64,000 nucleotides of DNA from Octopus sinensis (taxonomy: Eukaryota): contig NW_021832836.1 in assembly GCF_006345805.1 (NCBI RefSeq), positions 17,974 to 81,973 on the forward strand, in the 5' to 3' direction. The position numbers were made by a program, and so were the translations under genes. Below the pieces are notes generated by a model that searched no databases, was not told the DNA's origin, and was given only the letters and a program-made list of their open reading frames with translations. This document shows, in pieces, positions 60,758 through 64,000 of this stretch. The first letter of the stretch is position 1, and the number at the start of each line of letters is the position of its first letter.

Positions 60758-61231
60758 GTGAATTGAAGAAATGGAGCTGAACGCAGATTGAACAGAAATC
60801 GTTTTATTTCATTCTACACGTGTTTCGAAAGGCACAATTTACCAAAATCCGATTGAATAATGGGACCATATTGTGTCTTTCTCTTCCGGAAGAAAATAGG
60901 AAATCCGTTGGAAAAAACAAAAACAGAACAGAGGCGGAGCAAAACAAAAATCGAACTAGGCTCCTAAGAGCCCATGGCGAAACTGTTTATCAGTGTAATG
61001 TTGAGAACCGTGGCTGAAGAATTTAACGGTCAGGCATCGGTCAATCATGGTGGTGAGGGTGTGTAGATGTTCTTTGTGACCGAGAATAAGTTCTGACTAT
61101 TTAAGGAATATTGGATGTTTATAAGGGGCGAGAAAAAATCTACTTAGAGACGTGGTGTGTGTATACTGTTCTATAGAATGAAATAAACGATTTGTGTTCA
61201 ATCTGCGTTCAGCTCCATTTCTTCAATTCAC
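60758..61231 (-). mobile_element. Penelope-like fragment with ~58-bp inverted repeat arms
   Basis: 60758-60816 and 61174-61231 are reverse complements (1 substitution, 1 indel). A hammerhead-like motif overlaps the left arm. Confidence 0.65.
60811..60891 (-). ncRNA. Variant hammerhead ribozyme motif (core CGGAAGA)
   Basis: Minus strand: UUC CGGAAGA G-AAAGACACAAU-[31 nt]-AUUGUGCCUUU-C GAAAC-acgu-GUA GAA(U). Stem II is 12 bp with one A-C mismatch, stem I is only 3 bp, and the U4 position is G. Confidence 0.65.
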
Positions 61232-61296
61232 TATATATATATATGTATATATATATATATTATGTATATATATATATATGTATATATATATATGTG

Positions 61297-61345
<49 letters not shown>

Positions 61346-61385
61346 TATATATATATGTATATATATATATATGTATATATATATG

Positions 61386-61432
<47 letters not shown>

Positions 61433-61446
61433 GTATATATATATTG

Positions 61447-61477
<31 letters not shown>

Positions 61478-61522
61478 GTGTATATATATATATGTGTATA
61501 TATATATGTGTATATATATATG

Positions 61523-61555
<33 letters not shown>

Positions 61556-61558
61556 GTG

Positions 61559-61589
<31 letters not shown>

Positions 61590-61806
61590 GTATGTATATA
61601 TATATGTATATATGTGTATATATATATATTGTATATATGTGTATATATATATATTAATATATGTGTATATATATATGTATATATATATGTGTATATATAT
61701 ATGTATATATATATATGGTATATATATATATGTATATATGTATATATGTATGTGATATATATATATGTATATTGTATATATGTATATGTGTATATATATA
61801 TATATG

Positions 61807-61845
<39 letters not shown>

Positions 61846-61852
61846 ATATATG

Positions 61853-61906
<54 letters not shown>

Positions 61907-61978
61907 TATATGTACATATATATATATATATATGTACATATATATTATATATGTATATATATATATATGTATATATAT
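61232..61978. repeat. (TA)n/(TATG) compound microsatellite; a similar tract lies at 60300-60600
   Basis: Direct inspection. Confidence 0.95.
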
Positions 61979-63660
61979 CATCATCATCATCATCATCATT
62001 TAACGTCCGCTTTCATGCTAGCATGGGTTGGACGGTTCAACTGGGGTGGGGAGCCCGAAGCTGCCACCAGTCCAGTCAGATCTGGCAGTGTTTCTACAGC
62101 TGGATGCCCTTCCTAACGCCAACCACTCCGAGAGTGTAGTGGGTGATTTTATGTGCTACCGACACAGGTGCCAGACGAGGCTGCAAACGGCCACGCTCGG
62201 ATGGTGTTTTTATGTGCCACCGACACAGGTGCCAGACGAGGCTGGCAGACGGCCATGCTCGGATGGTGTTTTTATGTGCCACCGAACAAGTGCCAGACGA
62301 GGCTGGCAGACGGCCACGCTCGGATGGTGTTTTTATGTGCCACGACACAGGTGCCAGACGAGGCTGGCAGACGGCCACGCTCGGATGTTTTTTTGCCACC
62401 GACACAGGTGCCAGATGAGGCTGGCAAACGGCCACGATCGGATGTGCTTGTTACGTGCCCACAGCACGGAGGCCAGTCGATGCGGTACTGGCTACGGCCA
62501 CGTCGGATGGTTTTCCTATGTGCCACGTGCCACCGCACTGGTACCACAAAGATATAAAATTCCATTGATGTTCATCTATTTTGATTTGTTTTGATTTTCA
62601 CTGCCTCAACAGGTCTTCACAAGTGTCACAAGAAGGAAGGTATGCACAGGTGGACTGATACGTCCAGGTAGGGGCCATGGGTTATGGCCTGACTAGTCTT
62701 GCCGGGTCTTCGGATGGTGTTTTTATGTGCCACCGACACAGGTGCTAGATGAGGCTGGCGAACGGCCACGATCGGATGGTGTTTGTCATGTGCCCACTGC
62801 GCTGACTACGGCACTGATGATTCTTGTGTGCCACAGGCACTGGTACCACAAGATACAAATTCCATTGATGTTCATCTATTTTGTCTATTTTGATTGATTT
62901 GATTTGATTTCACTGCCTCAACCGGTCTTCGCAGTGTCACAAAGAGGAGGTATGCACAGGTGGACTGACTAGTCTTGCCGGTCTTCGGAAGGTGCTTTTA
63001 TGTGCCACCGACACAGGTGCAGATGAGGCTGGCGAACGGCCATGATCGGATGGTGTTTGTTACGTGCCCGCAGCACGGAGGCCGGTCGATGCGAACTGGC
63101 TACGGCCACGTTCGGATGGTTCTCTTGTGTGCCACCGGCACTGGTACCACAAAGGTGTGCCCCCGGCACTGGTACCACAAAGATACGATTCCATTGATGT
63201 TCATCTATTTTGATTTGATTTTCACTTGCCTCAACAGGTCTTCACAAGTGTCATAAGAAGGGAGGTATGCACAGGTGGACTGACTACGTCCCAGGTAGGG
63301 GCCATGGGTATGGCCTGACTAGTCTTGCCGGGTCTTCGATGGTGTTTTTATGTGCCACCGACACAGGTGCTAGATGAGGCTGCGAACGGCCACGATCGGA
63401 TGTGTTTGTCATGTGCCCACAGCACGGAGGCCAGTCGATGCGGTACTGGCTACGGCCACTTTCGGATGGTTTTCTCTTGTGTGCCAACGACACAGGTGCT
63501 AGATGAGGCTGGCGAACGGCCACGATCGGATGGTGTTTGTCATGTGCCCACAGCACGGAGGCAGTCGATGCGGTACTGGCTACGGCCACTTTCGGATGGT
63601 TTTCTCTTGTGTGCCACCGGCACTGGTACCACGAAGATACAAATTCCATTGATGTTCATA
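61979..63660 (-). mobile_element. RTE-like 3' end with nested tandem amplification (four ~300-450-bp super-units, ~60-bp sub-modules) and (GAT)n tail
   Basis: (tca)n then ttaacgtccgc...gatgcccttcctaacgccaaccac at 61979-62145. ggtaccac...attccattgatgttcat recurs at ~62540, 62845, 63170 and 63625. Shares gacctgttgaggca with 24261. Confidence 0.7.
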
Positions 63661-63662
63661 TG

Positions 63663-63727
<65 letters not shown>

Positions 63728-63793
63728 GTATATATAATATGTATGTTCTACCTGACCATTAACGGTCAGGCATAATATGTATGTTCTACGGGT

Positions 63794-64000
63794 TGTATGT
63801 TCTACCTGAGAGGTTCCTGCTGGCATGGAAAGGAAGGTGCAGGCTGCCGCTTTGCACATCGGGGACCCTGCCACAGAGACACGAGGCAGATGGACAAACC
63901 ATCAACACAAAGAAAGGGATGGACCACGCACCACCTGCCCAAAGCGGAGGTACGCAGATGTTGTGCGCGCCACAAACGGCCAACATGATGTTGTCGAAAG
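63794..64000 (+). pseudogene. CCCH zinc-finger-containing retroelement ORF1/Gag-like fragment, running off the window
   Basis: CMFYLRGSCWHGKEGAGCRFAH is C-x7-C-x8-C-x3-H. After an apparent frameshift it reads PKRRYADVVRATNGQHDVVE, open to the window end. GC/CpG-rich relative to the flanks. Confidence 0.5.

Noticed and set aside
61023-63773. Identical 15-mer ttaacggtcaggcat at 61023 and 63759
   Set aside because: About one or two such matches are expected by chance in 64 kb, and the homology does not extend.

Overview
Eukaryotic, very AT-rich, repeat-dominated DNA. The SINE and RTE-tail sequences resemble octopus repeats as I recall them (inference, not searched). Layout: (1) 1-18790 is a homogeneous 141-bp tandem satellite. 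Each monomer carries a dyad, the array has higher-order blocks, and two fold-back inversions near the start are each followed by an ectopic copy of sequence from the array edge. (2) 18790-25600 is an older, diverged library of modules in both orientations that is clearly homologous to the satellite monomer. (3) 25.6-31.5 kb holds SINE/LINE fragments plus a weak promoter/first-exon candidate. (4) 31.56-41.65 kb is a ~10-kb interrupted (TA)n array with internal polarity switches. (5) 46.4-55.7 kb contains five spliced minus-strand coding exons, not represented in the ORF track, encoding the C-terminal 165 aa of a cation-dependent mannose-6-phosphate-receptor/ATG27-like membrane protein; its 5' exons were not found and probably lie beyond 64000. 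(6) 55.9-64 kb is presumed intron packed with minisatellites, a hAT MITE, a Helentron-like element, two Penelope-type minimal hammerhead ribozyme motifs on opposite strands, an RTE 3'-end array and a CCCH zinc-finger retroelement-like ORF. Nearly all ORFs in the supplied track are repeat artefacts. All calls were made by eye.
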